A stretch of DNA of 64,000 nucleotides from Octopus vulgaris (Eukaryota): assembly GCA_951406725.2 (NCBI GenBank), contig OX597821.1, positions 112,096,001 through 112,160,000 of the forward strand, read 5' to 3'. The notes under the pieces are model-generated. The model ran no database searches. It saw nothing but the letters and a program-made list of their open reading frames with translations, and was not told the origin of the DNA. The first letter of the stretch is position 1, and every line of letters starts with the position of its first letter. Position numbers and translations under genes: made by a program. Positions 12,110-26,940 of this stretch are shown piece after piece.

Positions 12110-12569
12110 CATATATATGCATATATATATATAAACGTATATATATATTTATATATATATATATGTATACGTGTATAAGTGTATATATGAATACATGCAT
12201 GCTTGTGTCATGGAGTATATATACTGGTAGACCAATGTACACATGTATATGTCATTCGGTACGTGACAGACATAAATGTATGCATGTATATAAGCAAGAC
12301 TGTGTATATATGCATGAATGTATATATTTATATATATATATCTTTGGTTATGAATAAACAAATAAACGTAAAAATGATGATGCTAACTAAATATGTGTGG
12401 ATGGAAACACATATTTTATATGTAGGGAGATATGCCTGTATGTAATGTAGCATCGAGGAGATAGACAAAGAGAAGTACGTAGACATACATAAGCATATAT
12501 ATATATACATATATATATATATACATATATATATTTATGTATGTATACATGTATATATATGTGTGTGTG

Positions 12570-12608
<39 letters not shown>

Positions 12609-12680
12609 ACATGTGTGTATATGTATATACATATACACACACACACATATACATACATATAAACACACACATATACATAC

Positions 12681-12711
<31 letters not shown>

Positions 12712-12747
12712 CATATATATATAAATATACATATATATATACATACA

Positions 12748-12784
<37 letters not shown>

Positions 12785-12810
12785 CTGTATATATACACAC
12801 ACATATATAA

Positions 12811-12842
<32 letters not shown>

Positions 12843-12909
12843 ATATACACACACACACACACACATATATATATTCATGTATGCATACATATATATGCAT
12901 ATGTATTAG

Positions 12910-12941
<32 letters not shown>

Positions 12942-13308
12942 TGCATGTTTGTATTAATGTATAAAGGAGTTTCATACACAGATAAGCACTTAAAGAACAA
13001 ATAAGATAATATGAAGAGGGGTGAGAGGGAGCGAGAGGGATGGAGATGAAGAGACAAGAAGGGAAGAGAAGGAGAGTGTAATGAGATACGATGAAAGAAA
13101 ATGAGGAATGAAATAGGAGAAGAATTGAACAATGAAGGAAATGGAGAGAAATGAATAACACTAAATCATGCAAGCATTTGAGATGTGTATATAATATACA
13201 TACATGAAAATACATCTATGTAGATATGTGTGTGGGTCTATGTAGATGTGTGTGCATGTATATATCTATGCTAGTGCATATATGTGCATTTATGTATGTA
13301 TGTATATA

Positions 13309-13371
<63 letters not shown>

Positions 13372-13380
13372 GCTCGTGTG

Positions 13381-13431
<51 letters not shown>

Positions 13432-13488
13432 GTGTGACAGATGGAAGGGGAAAGAAATTGTGTGTATGTGTATGTATATATGTGCATG

Positions 13489-13546
<58 letters not shown>

Positions 13547-13570
13547 TATAAATATATATATATATAGAGA
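10890..13570. repeat. Large (TA)n/(CA)n/(TG)n low-complexity field
   Basis: About 2.7 kb of mostly alternating purine-pyrimidine microsatellite mosaic with short unique spacers. Confidence 0.95.
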
Positions 13571-14399
13571 GAGAGATTTTTTACTGAATGAACTTTTTAT
13601 TTGTTGTAATGCATACAATCCATTTATTTATAGAACTCGAACATCGCATGTAACACCGACCACCCTCTCTCTACCCTTTACTATGACCCCCTCCCCCTCC
13701 TCTACCCCTACCACTACGATAAACAGTAGCTAAATCTCCCTCAAATTGCACCTCCACATTCTTAGGTATAGGCTCCTAGTTTGCTGCTGTGGATAAGAAA
13801 ACAAACAGGATGGTCATGGCTGGAAGGCCTCTGATCTTAAGTTCGATGAGAATAGCAATGATGGCCACCACTACCAATTCATGCACATCCCCACGGATCA
13901 TCACCACAAACCTACCTGTCACATCCCTCCACCTTCCATCTTCGACAATTTAAAACAGCCACCCTGATTGTTATAAAACATTTGAAGTTAACTCACCCGA
14001 CACTCTTACCCACCCCCTTCATCTTGATCCACCTCCAACTGCCAGCCATCACCTCCTCTCCCCTGACCAATTTCTTTTGTTTCGTTCCACTCATTCTCCC
14101 TTACACACACACACACACACACAAAGCACCCCCATCATATACCCATTTACCCCTTTCTTTTCTAAAAGCAACGGGATTTATTTCTCAAAGAATTTTAATA
14201 AAACTTTTGTCAAATTCTCCACTGCTCCCTATTTTTCCCTTCTCCGGGTGTGTAGCTGTAATTCCCTATTCTTACTGTAATTATATTTCCTGTCACTTTT
14301 TCTGCCCGTCTGTCTGTCTGTGTGTCTTCTCAACTGCACCCCCCACCATTCTCCTCTCATTTATATTCCATTTGCTTTTTTCCTATCTCTTGATCTAAT

Positions 14400-15660
14400 C
14401 TCGTTCATTATCGAACTATCTGTTTATCCATCCACCTCTCTCTTCCCCCCTTTATCTCTCTCTCTCCCTCTCTTTCTATCTGTCTGTCTGTCTCTCCATG
14501 TACACGCTTATCTTTCTCTCTCACCCCCTCTATATGTTTCTCTCTCTCTACGTATATCCCTCCTGATCTCTCATTATGTCTATCTATTTCTCTCACTTCC
14601 CATATCTTTGTGTGTGTGTCTCTCTCTCTCTCTCCCTGTCAATCTATCCATCTCTCTCTCCGCGTCTCTCTCTACATCTATGTGCTTATCTGTCTCTTCC
14701 TCTCTCTCCCCTATCTGTCTGTCTCTCTCAATCCCCTTCTCTTGGTGTCTATCCATCCACTTCTCTCTCTCCCCCCTGTGTGTTTATCTCTCTCTCTCTC
14801 TCCATATCCACCCATATCCACCCATTCTCTTTCTCTGTACCTCTACCTATTACCCTCACCTCCTCACTTCTCTTTCTCTCTCTCACTCACACACACACAT
14901 ACACACACACACATATAGTTTCAATCTGAACTCAAACACACACATGTTCTCATCTACCTACATACATATTAATATTCTCACACACACACACACAATCTTG
15001 CTTCTTTTTACACATATACATACCTATTTTAACACAGTTTCACACAGAACTACGATACACATCCTCTCTCTCTCTCTCTCCTAACACGCATACATATTTT
15101 AACACACACACACACACAACTTCCAGATAATTGACATCTATACCCAGCTTTCTACCTATTATACACACACACACATGGAACTTTCTCTCATACGCACAGC
15201 CTCTCTCTCTCTCTTCATAGACATACTAACAGTGTTATACACACACACACACTTTCTCAGTACCCCATCCCCATCCTAACACACAGCAACACATAATATA
15301 AGCTATCCACTCTCCCCCTCTCTCATATTTCCATTCTATCTGCAATTCCCCTCTCTCTTTCCCCTCCAGCCAGTCTCTTACCTTCTCTTCTCCCCCTCCC
15401 TTTCCTACTAGTCTTTCACCTTCACCTCTCTCTGCCTCCCACTTCCACCACCTTCATTAGTCCAGCCTCCTCTCTCTCTCTCTCTCTCCTCCCTCTTCCC
15501 AACTCCTACCACAGTCTATCACCCACACATCGACCCCTCTCTACTGTTCTGTTGTCTATCACCCTCTCTTCTCCTACTACTACTACTGCCGGTTCTTCTT
15601 CTCCCTGCCCTATCATATAGTCTATCACCCTCTCTGCTCTCCCCTTCCCCCTCTCTCTTA
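14400..15660. repeat. Polypyrimidine (CT/CTAT/CA) low-complexity tract
   Basis: Seen directly. Confidence 0.9.
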
Positions 15661-15699
15661 TACTTATTTACTCATCAGTAAAGACACCTTGCCTCCTCC

Positions 15700-17140
15700 C
15701 CCACCACCACGCAACTGCTCAATACAGTTCCTACACAGAAACAGAGGTGGTAGCAATTAGTAGCAGCAGCAGCAGCGAGGAGTGGTAAGAGTAGGCAGAG
15801 TAAGGAGAAAGAAAGCGAAAAAGAAACCCAAAGAGAGAAAGAAAAGCACAGGGGTGGAGATGGGGTGGGGTGGGGTGGGGTGGGGAATGCATTTGAAACT
15901 TGGTTGATTTGAGTTGGAATCTATAGAACGGCAGAAAATATTGGTGCAGCAGTACTTCTACGGCACCAACACTGACTGGATGGATTTCCAGCAGTTGGAA
16001 GTTCTCCGACAAAGACGCTCGCTCCGTTTGTGTTGCTTTTCGAAAATTGGCTGCATCAGGGAAAAATTGGTGAAAGCATAAAAAAAAAAAGAAAAAAAAA
16101 AACAAACAAAAAAGCAGAAAGAGGCATTAATTTTGGTAAAAATAGGAAAATAAATACATGGCGGGTGGGGAGGGGGGGTCGGAAGGGGTTGGCAGGGAAG
16201 GTAGGGAGGAGTAGTTAAAAAAAGAAAGAAAAGGGGCGGTGGAGAATGGAAAGAAAGAGTGAGGGTGTGAGGAAAGATAAGGTAAGAGTGAAGGATTAAG
16301 TGAGGCAGGAGGAAGGAATCACCAGTTACCATAATCATCACCGCCACCACCACCACCACCACCACCACCATCATCAACACCATCAGCAGAATCTAAGTTG
16401 CTGCTCCCACCCACACTCCATCATTATCTGTACTACTATCACCACCACCACTACTACCATCATCACCACCACAATCTTGGATACCACTTCTACCATCACC
16501 GCCACCATGACCACCACCTTCATGTAATTTCTAAAAAAAAAAATTCTATTTACTACAAAAAAAAAAAATTAAGGAAAAGAAAACGAACGAAAGAAAGAAA
16601 GAAAGAAAGAAAGAAAGTGAATGAAACAAAGATAGGAAAGAAATGGAGGATTACAAGAAGAAAAATGATCCTTCTTAACAAAAATAAATATTTAACCAAA
16701 AAATAATAAAAACCGATGAGTGTGTGTGGGGGTGGAGTGGAGCAGTACTAGTAATTAAAGAAGAAAAAGGAAAGCTCTTTTTTCTTTCTTTTCTTCTTTC
16801 TCTTTCGTTCTTCCTTCTTTTTAACTTCTAAAGAAATGGTTGAATAGGTTCTTTAAGAAAGAATAAGATGTTTTTTTTGTGTGTTTCTTTGTGTTTTTTT
16901 TTTTTGGTTTCTTCCCCACCCACCCCCACCCGGCTCCTATGGAAACTGATAGTGACCAAGCAAGTCTTTTCTTGGATTTGACATTCTTCTCAGAAAAGTT
17001 GACCCATTTCACCATCTCCACCCTGCTTCCTCAGCCATTCCGTCATTCCACCATTCTGATATTCCCCCCACCCCCACAACAACCCATGGACATTATTTAT
17101 TCTATGAGGGGAAAAAATAAAAGGATTTTTTGGTGAACAG
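15700..17140 (+). other. Possible 5' UTR or first non-coding exon of a gene (unconfirmed)
   Basis: SINE-free, locally CpG-containing unique sequence after a CT-rich tract. Ends at a strong donor CAG|GTAAGA (17140/17141) and contains only short ORFs. Confidence 0.25.
15862..15885 (+). promoter_or_regulatory. G-quadruplex-forming motif (GGGGT)4GGGG
   Basis: Five G4 runs separated by single T. Confidence 0.5.
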
Positions 17141-17332
17141 GTAAGAAAAAGAAAGAGAGAGACTAAGAAAGAGCCATGTAGACTTGATATGCAAATATAC
17201 ATATATACATGTACATACACACACATACATATGCATGCATATATGTATGCATACATATACATAAGTAGTTACACAAACATATATGTACATACACATACAT
17301 ACATTTACATACATACACATATATACATACAT

Positions 17333-17377
<45 letters not shown>

Positions 17378-18460
17378 TAGATAGATAGCCCAGAAGATAA
17401 ATCTAAACAGATTGCATAAGAGAAGAAAAGAGGATACAGAGAGAGAGAGCATGTAGATTTGTGCAAAAAAGGTGTGTGTGTGTATATATATGTATATATA
17501 TATATGGGAGTGGGGGGCTGTAGAATATAAACCCACTCAGATTGTATAAAGGAGGAGAAGTAGATAAAAGGGAGAGAGAGAGAGAGAGAAAGAGAGAAAG
17601 GTAAGTTCTATATTGCCTAGACAATGAAAGGCTAAGAAGATCCTTTAGATTAGATAGGATCAATTGTTTGTGAGGTGTGGTGGGAGAAGGACGAGATAAG
17701 AATAGGATTTGTAAGCTGGAGAGCTTAGCAGGTGAGCAAAGAGAGGGAGAGAGAGAGGGGTGAAGGGGGAGGGAGGAATAGAAAAAAAAAATAAACAAAA
17801 AAAGGGAGATGAGGTTGCAAGAATCACCACGGTCTAATTTTGAATATCGAAGGTAGGGGTCAGAGTTTGGAATATGGCAAAATGGTTCTCGATAAAAGTT
17901 GATATCATAAAGAAAGAAATCAGGAAAGATTCGATGAACTGTGCATGCGTGTGCATATGCATATGTGTCTGCATAAGCAAATGCATGTATATATATATAT
18001 ATATATGCATGTGAAGCGAGGAATTTTGGTATATTTGCAATAAGTTGCCATTGATGTTAAGATGCCATAATATGCAAGTTCCACAATAGAAATTGCTGCT
18101 ACTGTTGCTGCTGCTACTACTGTTGATGATGATGATGATGGTGGTGTTCATAGTTCTGTGAATATTCTTTGTGATATAATTCTACCTTTGAAATAATACA
18201 GGTAGAAGATTCCAAAGACAGAATTCCAGAGAATAACCAACTTGATCTATTCACCTCAATGCTTCGGTAAAATAACTATTCCTTCTTTTTATCAGAATAC
18301 TTGACAGGAAGGATAAAATGATTCCAATTTCGGTTTTGGCCTCAATATAAGTAAAAGAAAGTAAAAAAAAAAAAAGAGAAAAAAAGAATGGTAAAAACCA
18401 CTACCTAAATTCTATAGCACCATTGTTATTAAGAAACTAGTATCATCATCACCATCATCA

Positions 18461-18579
<119 letters not shown>

Positions 18580-18581
18580 TT

Positions 18582-19315
18582 AAGGCAGTAAGCTGGCAGA
18601 AATCGTTAGCATGTCAGCCATTTTGTCTGTCTTTACATTCTGAGTTCAAATTCTGCCGAAATCAATTTTACTGACCCAATTGACTTAGCCCCTTCGCCAA
18701 AACTGCTGGCCTTGTCCCTAAATTTGAAATCATTATTATTATTATTATTATTAAGAGGACAGCAAGCTGGCAGAATCGGTAGCATGCCAGACAGCATTTC
18801 ATCCATCTTTAAATTCTGAGTCCAAATTCCGCTGAGGTCAGGGTCAATAAATTAAGTACCAGTTGCATACTGGGATAAATCATATTGGCTATCCCACTGC
18901 CCCAAAATTTTAGGCCTTGTGCCTATAATGGAAAGGATTGTTACCATTATTAAGAGGGCGAAATGCTTAGCAGTATTTCGTCCGTCTTTATGTTCTGAGT
19001 TCAAATTCTGCCGAGGTCAACTTTGCCTTTCATCTTTCAGGGTCAATAAATTAAGTGCCAGTGAACCACTGGGGTTGATATAATTGACTAGTCCTTCCCC
19101 CAAAAATTTCAGACCTTGTGTCTTCACTTGAAAGGATTATTATTATTATTGATAATAGCCCCTTCTTGTTTTGGCCCAAGGTCTGAAATTCCAGGGGAGG
19201 GGTATAGTTGATTACATTGACCTCAGTATTCAACAGGTACTTATTTTACTGTCCCTCAAAGAATAAAAGGCAAAGGTGACCCCAGTTGAATTTGAACTAA
19301 GAACGTAAAGCAAGA
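18582..19315. mobile_element. SINE-A cluster: three plus copies (about 18582, 18755, 18955) and one minus copy (about 19160-19315)
   Basis: Repeated agctggcagaa and ttctgagttcaaattc motifs separated by ATT runs. Confidence 0.8.
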
Positions 19316-19494
19316 TAAAATGTGGACCAGAAGCATGTCTACGAGTGACTTGATGTTGATCGTTTGTTTGATCTTTTTCTGGGTCCAGTGTAGGATGAGG
19401 CAATGAGCACAGCATTACTAGGCCTCTCCCAGAAGTGAGAGCAATATTTGGTTGTAGGCTTCACAGGAGCTCAATCTTTTATCTTCTATGTTTT

Positions 19495-19860
19495 TTTTAC
19501 TTGTTTCAGTCATTTGACACCGACCATGCTGGAGCACAGCCTTGAAGGGGTTTTAAGTTGAACAAATCAACCCCAGGGCTTTTTTTTTAAAGCCTGATAC
19601 TCACTCTATCCGTCTCTTTTGCTGAATCGCTAAGTTACGGGGGACATAAACACAACAACACCAGTTGCCAAATGGTGAGTGTGTGGAACAAACACAAAGA
19701 CACACACACTAATATATACATACATAAATACATACATATACATGAATATATATATATATATACGACAGGCTTCTTTCAGTTTCTGTCAACCAAATCCACT
19801 CACAAGACTTTGGTCAGCCCAAGGCTATAGTAGAAGACACTCGCCCAAAATGTCACGCAC
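19495..19860 (-). mobile_element. SINE-B copy
   Basis: tttacttgtttcagtcatttgac...caaatccactcacaag...ggctatagtagaagacac. Confidence 0.85.
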
Positions 19861-20199
19861 CTTGTAGGAAAAAATTAATTGAATCATCACTTCCAACACC
19901 AACAACAACATTATCATCATTTTGCGCCTAATTTTTCAATGCTGGTATAGGTTAGATGAGCTTTCTGAACAATGTTTTATGGCTGGATGTTTTTCCTCCT
20001 GCTAATACTTTTAGCTGCCTTAATTGGTATTGATCTTATCGACACTGGAAGGATGGAAAGCAGGATCTGATACTGGTGAAATTTGAACTCAAAACTCAGC
20101 ATATGTAGTGAAGCATCTAAATGATTCAAGATATGCTTTGGTATTGCTCTACCGTCCCTGAGATTACTCAGTCTTATAACTCCCAAATAATAATAATAA

Positions 20200-20497
20200 T
20201 AATCCTTTCTACTAAAAACATAAGGCCTGAAATTTTGGCAAAGGGGCGAAGCTGATTATGCTAACTATTCTGCCAGCTTGCTGCCTCAATAATAATGGTT
20301 CAAATTTTGGCACAAGCCCAGCAGTTTTGGCAGAGGGGTAAAGTCAATTACAGTGAATCCAGTGCTTGATGGGGTCTTGTTTTATTGACCCTGAAAGAGA
20401 TTGACATTGGCAAAATTTGAACTCAGATCACAAAGAGGTATAAAATGCCACTAAGCATTTTTTACGGTACGGTAACCAATCTCCCAGCTCACCATCT
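20200..20497 (-). mobile_element. Two degenerate SINE-A copies
   Basis: aggcctgaaattttgg, tgccagcttgctgcc and atttgaactcag motifs. Confidence 0.65.
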
Positions 20498-21331
20498 CAA
20501 TAATAATAATAATAATAATAATGATAACAACAATAATATTGATATCTCATATTACTAATAGCAACAGACATTTCGAGATAACATCAGTCTTCATTATCTG
20601 TCCGCATGATATATACTCCACCATTACAACCATCCTCACATCTACACCTGTGTCGCCTCCTGAAACCACTACACTCATTTTCTCTCTCCTCTCTCTCACA
20701 ATGTGTTTAAAGTCATTTATCCTTAACATTTTTTACCGATTCTATCGGCCTATAATTTATCTCTCCAAGTTGTGTTATATTCTGCAGATTCGAGTGATTT
20801 TTTTTTTTTTTGAGAAAAAGTTGTCACAGGGAGAAGGGAAAAGATGTAAGTATATTATATATAAAAAAACATCAACACAAGAGGAATGATGTATGAGAGA
20901 GAAACACACACACACACACACACACAAGTATATTGATATGGACAGAGAAATATATATGCATATGCGTGTGTGTATATATATATACATATATATACGTACA
21001 CACATGAAAATGCAAGTAAAGAGAGATGGGTAGATAGAGTGACAGATAGAAAGAGAGAGAAAGAGAGAGACAAACAGATAAAGAGATAGGTTGGCAGTTA
21101 TATATACATACATATATACATATATATATAAACACACATACGTACAGAGAGAGAGGAGAGAAATAGAAATATATATATATATATATATATATATAAAGGG
21201 GATAAATATGGAGATAGATAGATGGATCAATAGTGATAGATAGATAGATAGACAGACATACACACAGACAGATATAGATAGATAGATGGGCAGACAGACA
21301 GACAGATAGATAGATAGATAGATAGATAGAC

Positions 21332-21372
<41 letters not shown>

Positions 21373-21393
21373 TAAAGAAAGTTATATATATAT

Positions 21394-21424
<31 letters not shown>

Positions 21425-21891
21425 GATGAGAGGAAGTGCAGCTGAGTTAGTGCAGCTGATGCTAAACTGCATCTTCTGCTGATAGTGAAGATGGCTGCAC
21501 TTGGAGAGAGATGAAGAAGGAAAGTAGGTGAGCATTGTTTGTCTGTGGAAACTGCAGTGTCAGGAGGAAAGGAGTACAATGTTAGGGCAGGATGACACAC
21601 GAAGCAGAAGAAGAAGAAGAAGATTGGGGTTTTATGACAAGTATGTTGGGAATGCCGAATGGAGGGGTTTCGGAACAGCTCAGGCAACGTTCTGTGTGTC
21701 TTGACTCTGTGCCTACCACTATCATGCACTGCACTCCTCTGCCTTCTCCTCTCTTGTACTCTGTACCTATCCATCAAGTTATACTCTGTATTTATCTTAT
21801 CTACCTGTCTGTTTCACAGTGTATCTATCTATTACCCTGTAGCTCTTTCTTTCTCTCTATATATGCATCTCTCTCTCTATATATATATGCA

Positions 21892-21966
<75 letters not shown>

Positions 21967-22051
21967 ATAATAATTTACATATCTAACCATTTCTCTCTAT
22001 ATCTATCTATCTATCCATCCATCTTTCCATCTATCTGTCTCTCTCTCTCTC

Positions 22052-22108
<57 letters not shown>

Positions 22109-22240
22109 GTTACATATCTAACCATGTCTCTCTATATCTATCTATCTATCTGTCTATCTATCTATCTTCTATCCATCCATCTTTCCATCTATCTGTCTGT
22201 CTGTCTCTCTCTCTCTCTAAATATATATATATATATTATA

Positions 22241-22287
<47 letters not shown>

Positions 22288-22375
22288 GTTACATATCTAA
22301 CCATGTCTCTATATCTATCTATCTATCTGTCTATCCATCCATCCTTCTTTCCATCTATCTATCTCTCTGTCTGTC

Positions 22376-22411
<36 letters not shown>

Positions 22412-22755
22412 CACAGTAGCACCAGCAGCTGTGGCAACAGCGCTGATACGAAAAGATGGGAAACAGATGCACTCTGATGAAGGTTGCAGTTAATTGCACT
22501 GAATAACAACGCACAGTGTGTGTGCATGTGTGTGCGTGTGTGGGAGGGGAGAGAGAGAGACAGAGAGAACGAGAGTGCAGAGGGGAATGGGGAGGGGGCT
22601 AAAAAAAAGAAGAAAAAAAGTCAACGAACAACCAAACAAACAAACAAAACCAAGGTTTGTTAAGTTGATTGCATAATGTAAAGATGCATTCAAGTCGAAG
22701 CATTGTGAAGAATGAAGGGAGACGAGCTGGAGGAGATAACATTGTAAAAGACAAC

Positions 22756-23190
<435 letters not shown>

Positions 23191-23539
23191 TGCAAAAAAG
23201 GATGTAGAATGAGGCATGAAGGGAATAAAGTGATTGCATTGCCTTCAAAAATGATTATATAAGCAGCTCCCCTGCTGGAGCACTGAACCAAAAACCCCCT
23301 GGCTCTGAGGCATATGGCTTCAACGTTTATATTTGCCATTATTAGCGATCAATGGTGCTTCAAAATTGCCATTGTGACTCTGGTTTATAAGACTGCAATG
23401 TCGGGTCGCATATTTGTGTATTTGTGAAGCAGATTTATTCCAGGTATTCTTTTGCATAAAGTTGAATTGTTATATGGCTTCAGGATAGTTAAAAGGACAC
23501 CATGCTAGAAGCCAGTGGCACCGTTCTGTGATTGGGGGA

Positions 23540-24140
23540 ATGGTATGGTTGTTTGCTTTGAGAAGTGCGTCTTCAAATCGTGGTTTGGGATTCAGTCCCA
23601 CTGCGTGGTGCCTCAGGGCTAGCGTCTTCTAGGCCAACCAATGCCTTGTGAGTGGATCCAGGACGCAGAAACTTCATATATACGAATGTTTGTGTGTGTG
23701 TGTGTATACATGCACGGGTATCCATCTATCTATCTCTCTCTCTCCCTCTTACACACACACACACACACATATACAACACCAGTTGTTAAGCTGTGGTGCG
23801 GGAAGCACACACAAACACACACATTGATATATATATATATATATATATACATATGTGCATGTATACACAAGCACACACATATACATCATCGTTTAACGTC
23901 CGTTTTCCATGCTAGCATGTATATATATATATATACATACGCACACATATACATATATACACATACATGCATACATGCATGATGAGCATCTTTCAGTTTC
24001 CGTCTACCAGATCCACTCACAAGGCATTGGTCGGCTCAAGGCTATAGTAGAAGACACTTGCCCAAGGTGCCATGCAGTGGGACTGAACCCGGAACCATGT
24101 GGTTGGTAAGCAAGCTACTTACCACACAGTCACACCTGCA
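23540..24140. mobile_element. SINE-B halves: degenerate plus 5' half (about 23540-23690) and minus 5' half (about 23980-24140)
   Basis: ttcagtcccactgcgtgg on plus, and agacacttgcccaaggtgccatgcagtgggactgaaccc (minus-strand head). Confidence 0.75.
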
Positions 24141-24442
24141 TCTTTCTTTTATTCTCAATATTTTGATGCTTGAAAATTCAACTAAGGAAGAAAAATAATG
24201 GTCCTTTGGCATTAGGAAGGGCATCCAGCTGTAGAAACCATTGGTATCATTGATTGGCCATTACACATGTTTCATTTACTAATAGGAGTTACAAATAGCA
24301 AAGAAGGGGTGCTCAACCATTTTATCTATGGACTCCTTTGATGACTATTTCATTCTGGTGGACCCCCATAACCATTTAATGTTTAAAAACTGATTTCATA
24401 GAAACTTCTTTCAAAATTCTTATTTTGTTTTTCAAACATCAA

Positions 24443-24665
24443 CCCTTTCGTTACCGTATTTCTGTTGAGACGCTCAGTGTTTCTTTCAATTACTTCAAAT
24501 ATAACAAAGAATTTAGTAAAATAACTTAGTTACCATTTAGCTAGTGCTAGGAACATAAAAATTGTGACGAAGGTTTGGTGGAAGATTTTAATTCAAAACT
24601 TTTGAAAACAAGACATTTGTACTACAGAACCAGAAGCAGTTTCAGCCAGGTTGGTATCAAAAGGG
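24443..24665 (+). mobile_element. piggyBac-like MITE family E
   Basis: TIRs ccctttcgttacc and ggtatcaaaaggg, flanked by tcaa and TTAA. Confidence 0.75.
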
Positions 24666-24696
24666 TTAAGAATTGTTTCTCTATTATATAATTTAA

Positions 24697-24920
24697 CCCT
24701 TTTGTTACCATATTTCTGTTGAGATGCTCTGTGTTTCTTTCAATTAATTTTAGATATAACAAAGAATTTAGTAAAATAACTTCACCACCATTAAACTAGT
24801 GTTTTAAGAACATAAATTGTGACTAAGATTTGGGGGAAGATTTTATTTCAAAACTTATGAAAACAAGACTTTTGTACTACAGAGTCAGAAGTGGTTTCAG
24901 CTGGGCTGGTATTGAAAGGG
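24697..24920 (+). mobile_element. piggyBac-like MITE family E
   Basis: TTAA-cccttttgttacc ... ggtattgaaaggg-TTAA, with the body homologous to 24443-24665. Confidence 0.85.
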
Positions 24921-25954
24921 TTAACTGTGTAAAATGTCCGAGAAAGAAACCCAGCTGTTTCTTGCAATACATACCAATGCACACATCTAAAGCAGGATTT
25001 TTTCAGGGTCCCTCAAAAAATTAATGCAGATCCCAAATTTACTATTTTGCTGTGTGGACCCAAGTTGAGAACCGTTGGTCTTAAACATAATAGTGGGACT
25101 GAACCCACAACCATGTGGTTGCAAAGCAACCTTCTTAACCATACAGCCACATATATATATACATATATATACATATATACACATATATACATACATATAT
25201 ATACATATATAAATATATGTTTGTATGCATATATGTATATATGTATGCATACATATATACATTAACACATACATTAATTAATTAACACATAAATATATAT
25301 GTGTTAATTAATATCTACTGCAAATACTATAATTTCATAAGTACGAATGACATAATGCTTTTACAAAATTGCATTTTTTTTTGTTATTTTTAAAATTTTC
25401 ATTTAAACTTCCCACCACCAATCCATCCACACCCACCACCACTACCGCCTAAACAACAACAACAACAACAGTAGCATCATCAGTGAATGGCACAAAAATC
25501 ACAGAGTTTTGAATAGAGTGCCGATGAATGGAAACAAGAGAGATGCAAACGGAATATCCTTTGTCATCGTTTACACACACACACACACACACACAACACA
25601 CACACACATACACACACACACACACACATGCAGAGAAATTCAACAATTATTGCTCGTAGAAGAATAGAGAGGTTTTTATCTCTTTTATTTTGACAGCAAA
25701 CTCATTCAACCTGATTTTTTGATTATAAAGACGACGATGATGATATAAAAAAAAAGGGGGGGGTCTACTACTTTTTAAAGAAACACCTCAATGGACGACC
25801 CAATGTTTACCCCCACCTCCAACCTTCTTAAAAATACAGCATCAGATACAGCATCAGTTCAGCCAACCATTCTTCTTTGAAATCTTTCATCCTCGCTCCA
25901 CAATTCTTTAACACCCACGTTTCTCCTTCTCCATTTCTTTCTCTCCGTCTTCCA

Positions 25955-25985
<31 letters not shown>

Positions 25986-26526
25986 TACTCTTTCCCTCTC
26001 TAATAATTCTCTCAATCAGTTGCACACACTGCATGCTTGCATGTGGTGTGTGCAAATGCGTGTGCATACATGCAGAAAATAGCACTCATTATTTCTAATG
26101 TAAGATTAGATATCTTGAAAGAGATGATGTTTAAATTTTACTTCGAATTCGTTTCGTTTTCCTTCTTTTATTTTTGTGGGAAGGGAGATTTTTTTTTTGA
26201 GTTTTTTTTTTTAAAGAAATGTGTGTCTTCAAATTCAACATGGCTGTGTCTGTGTGTGTGTTTATGTGTGAATGTATGCCAGTGTTTTATATGAGTGTGT
26301 GTATATGTATGTGCATACATGTGTGTATGTATATATCTATGTATAGAGTCCAAACAAGAAGGAGGAAAGAACATACTCAATACAGAAAAAGAGTAGAGTT
26401 CTGAAACTGAAGTCTTAAATCATTACTATGATGTACATGCACACACACATATACACACATATCTGTACATACATCATCTTCATTTAATGCCAATTTTCCA
26501 TGCTGGCATGGGTTTATAATATATAT

Positions 26527-26940
26527 ATTTCTTTACTACCCACAAGGGGCTAAACACAGAAAGAATAAACAAAGACAGACAAACAGATTAAGTCGATTAT
26601 ATCGACCCCAGTGCGTAACTGGTACTTAATTTGTCGACCCCGAAAGGATGAAAGGCAAAGCGACCTCGGCGGAATTTGAACTCAGAACATAACAGCAGAC
26701 GAAATACCTATTTCTTTACTACCCACAAGGGGCTACAAACAGAGGGGACAAACGAGGACAAACAAACGGATTAAGTCGATTATATCGACCCCAGTGTGTA
26801 ACTGGTACTTAATTTATCAACCCCGAAAGGATGAGAGGCAAAGTCGACCTTGGCGAAATTTGAACTCAGAATGTAACAGCAGACGAAATACTGCCAAGCA
26901 TTTCACCCGGCGCGCTAACGTTTCTGCCAGCTCGCCGCCT
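26527..26940 (-). mobile_element. SINE-A head-to-tail dimer with perfect 16-bp TSD
   Basis: Junction gaaatacctatttc at 26701-26714. TSD atgggtttataatata at 26508-26523 and 26942-26957. Confidence 0.9.

Larger units (their letters stand above)
24305..25077 (+). mobile_element. hAT-like MITE F interrupted by two piggyBac-like MITEs
   Basis: TIRs aggggtgctcaacc and agttgagaaccgttg. The F body resumes at 24925 (gtaaaatgtccgagaaagaaacccagctg). Confidence 0.75.

Noticed and set aside
10715-13618. Long ORFs up to 264 aa rich in Y/I/C/V/H/T
   Set aside because: Translations of (TA)n/(CA)n/(TG)n, which lack stops in several frames; no protein-like composition.
21592-22419. 275-aa ORF starting MTHEAEEEEEDW
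   Set aside because: Only about 65 aa are complex with no recognisable domain; the rest is microsatellite.
22462-22520. CTGATGA with flanking hairpin as a hammerhead
   Set aside because: Second box is GAAT, there is no UH, and stem III does not form.
25277-25312. 15-bp-arm AT-rich palindrome
   Set aside because: Low-complexity context makes chance occurrence likely.
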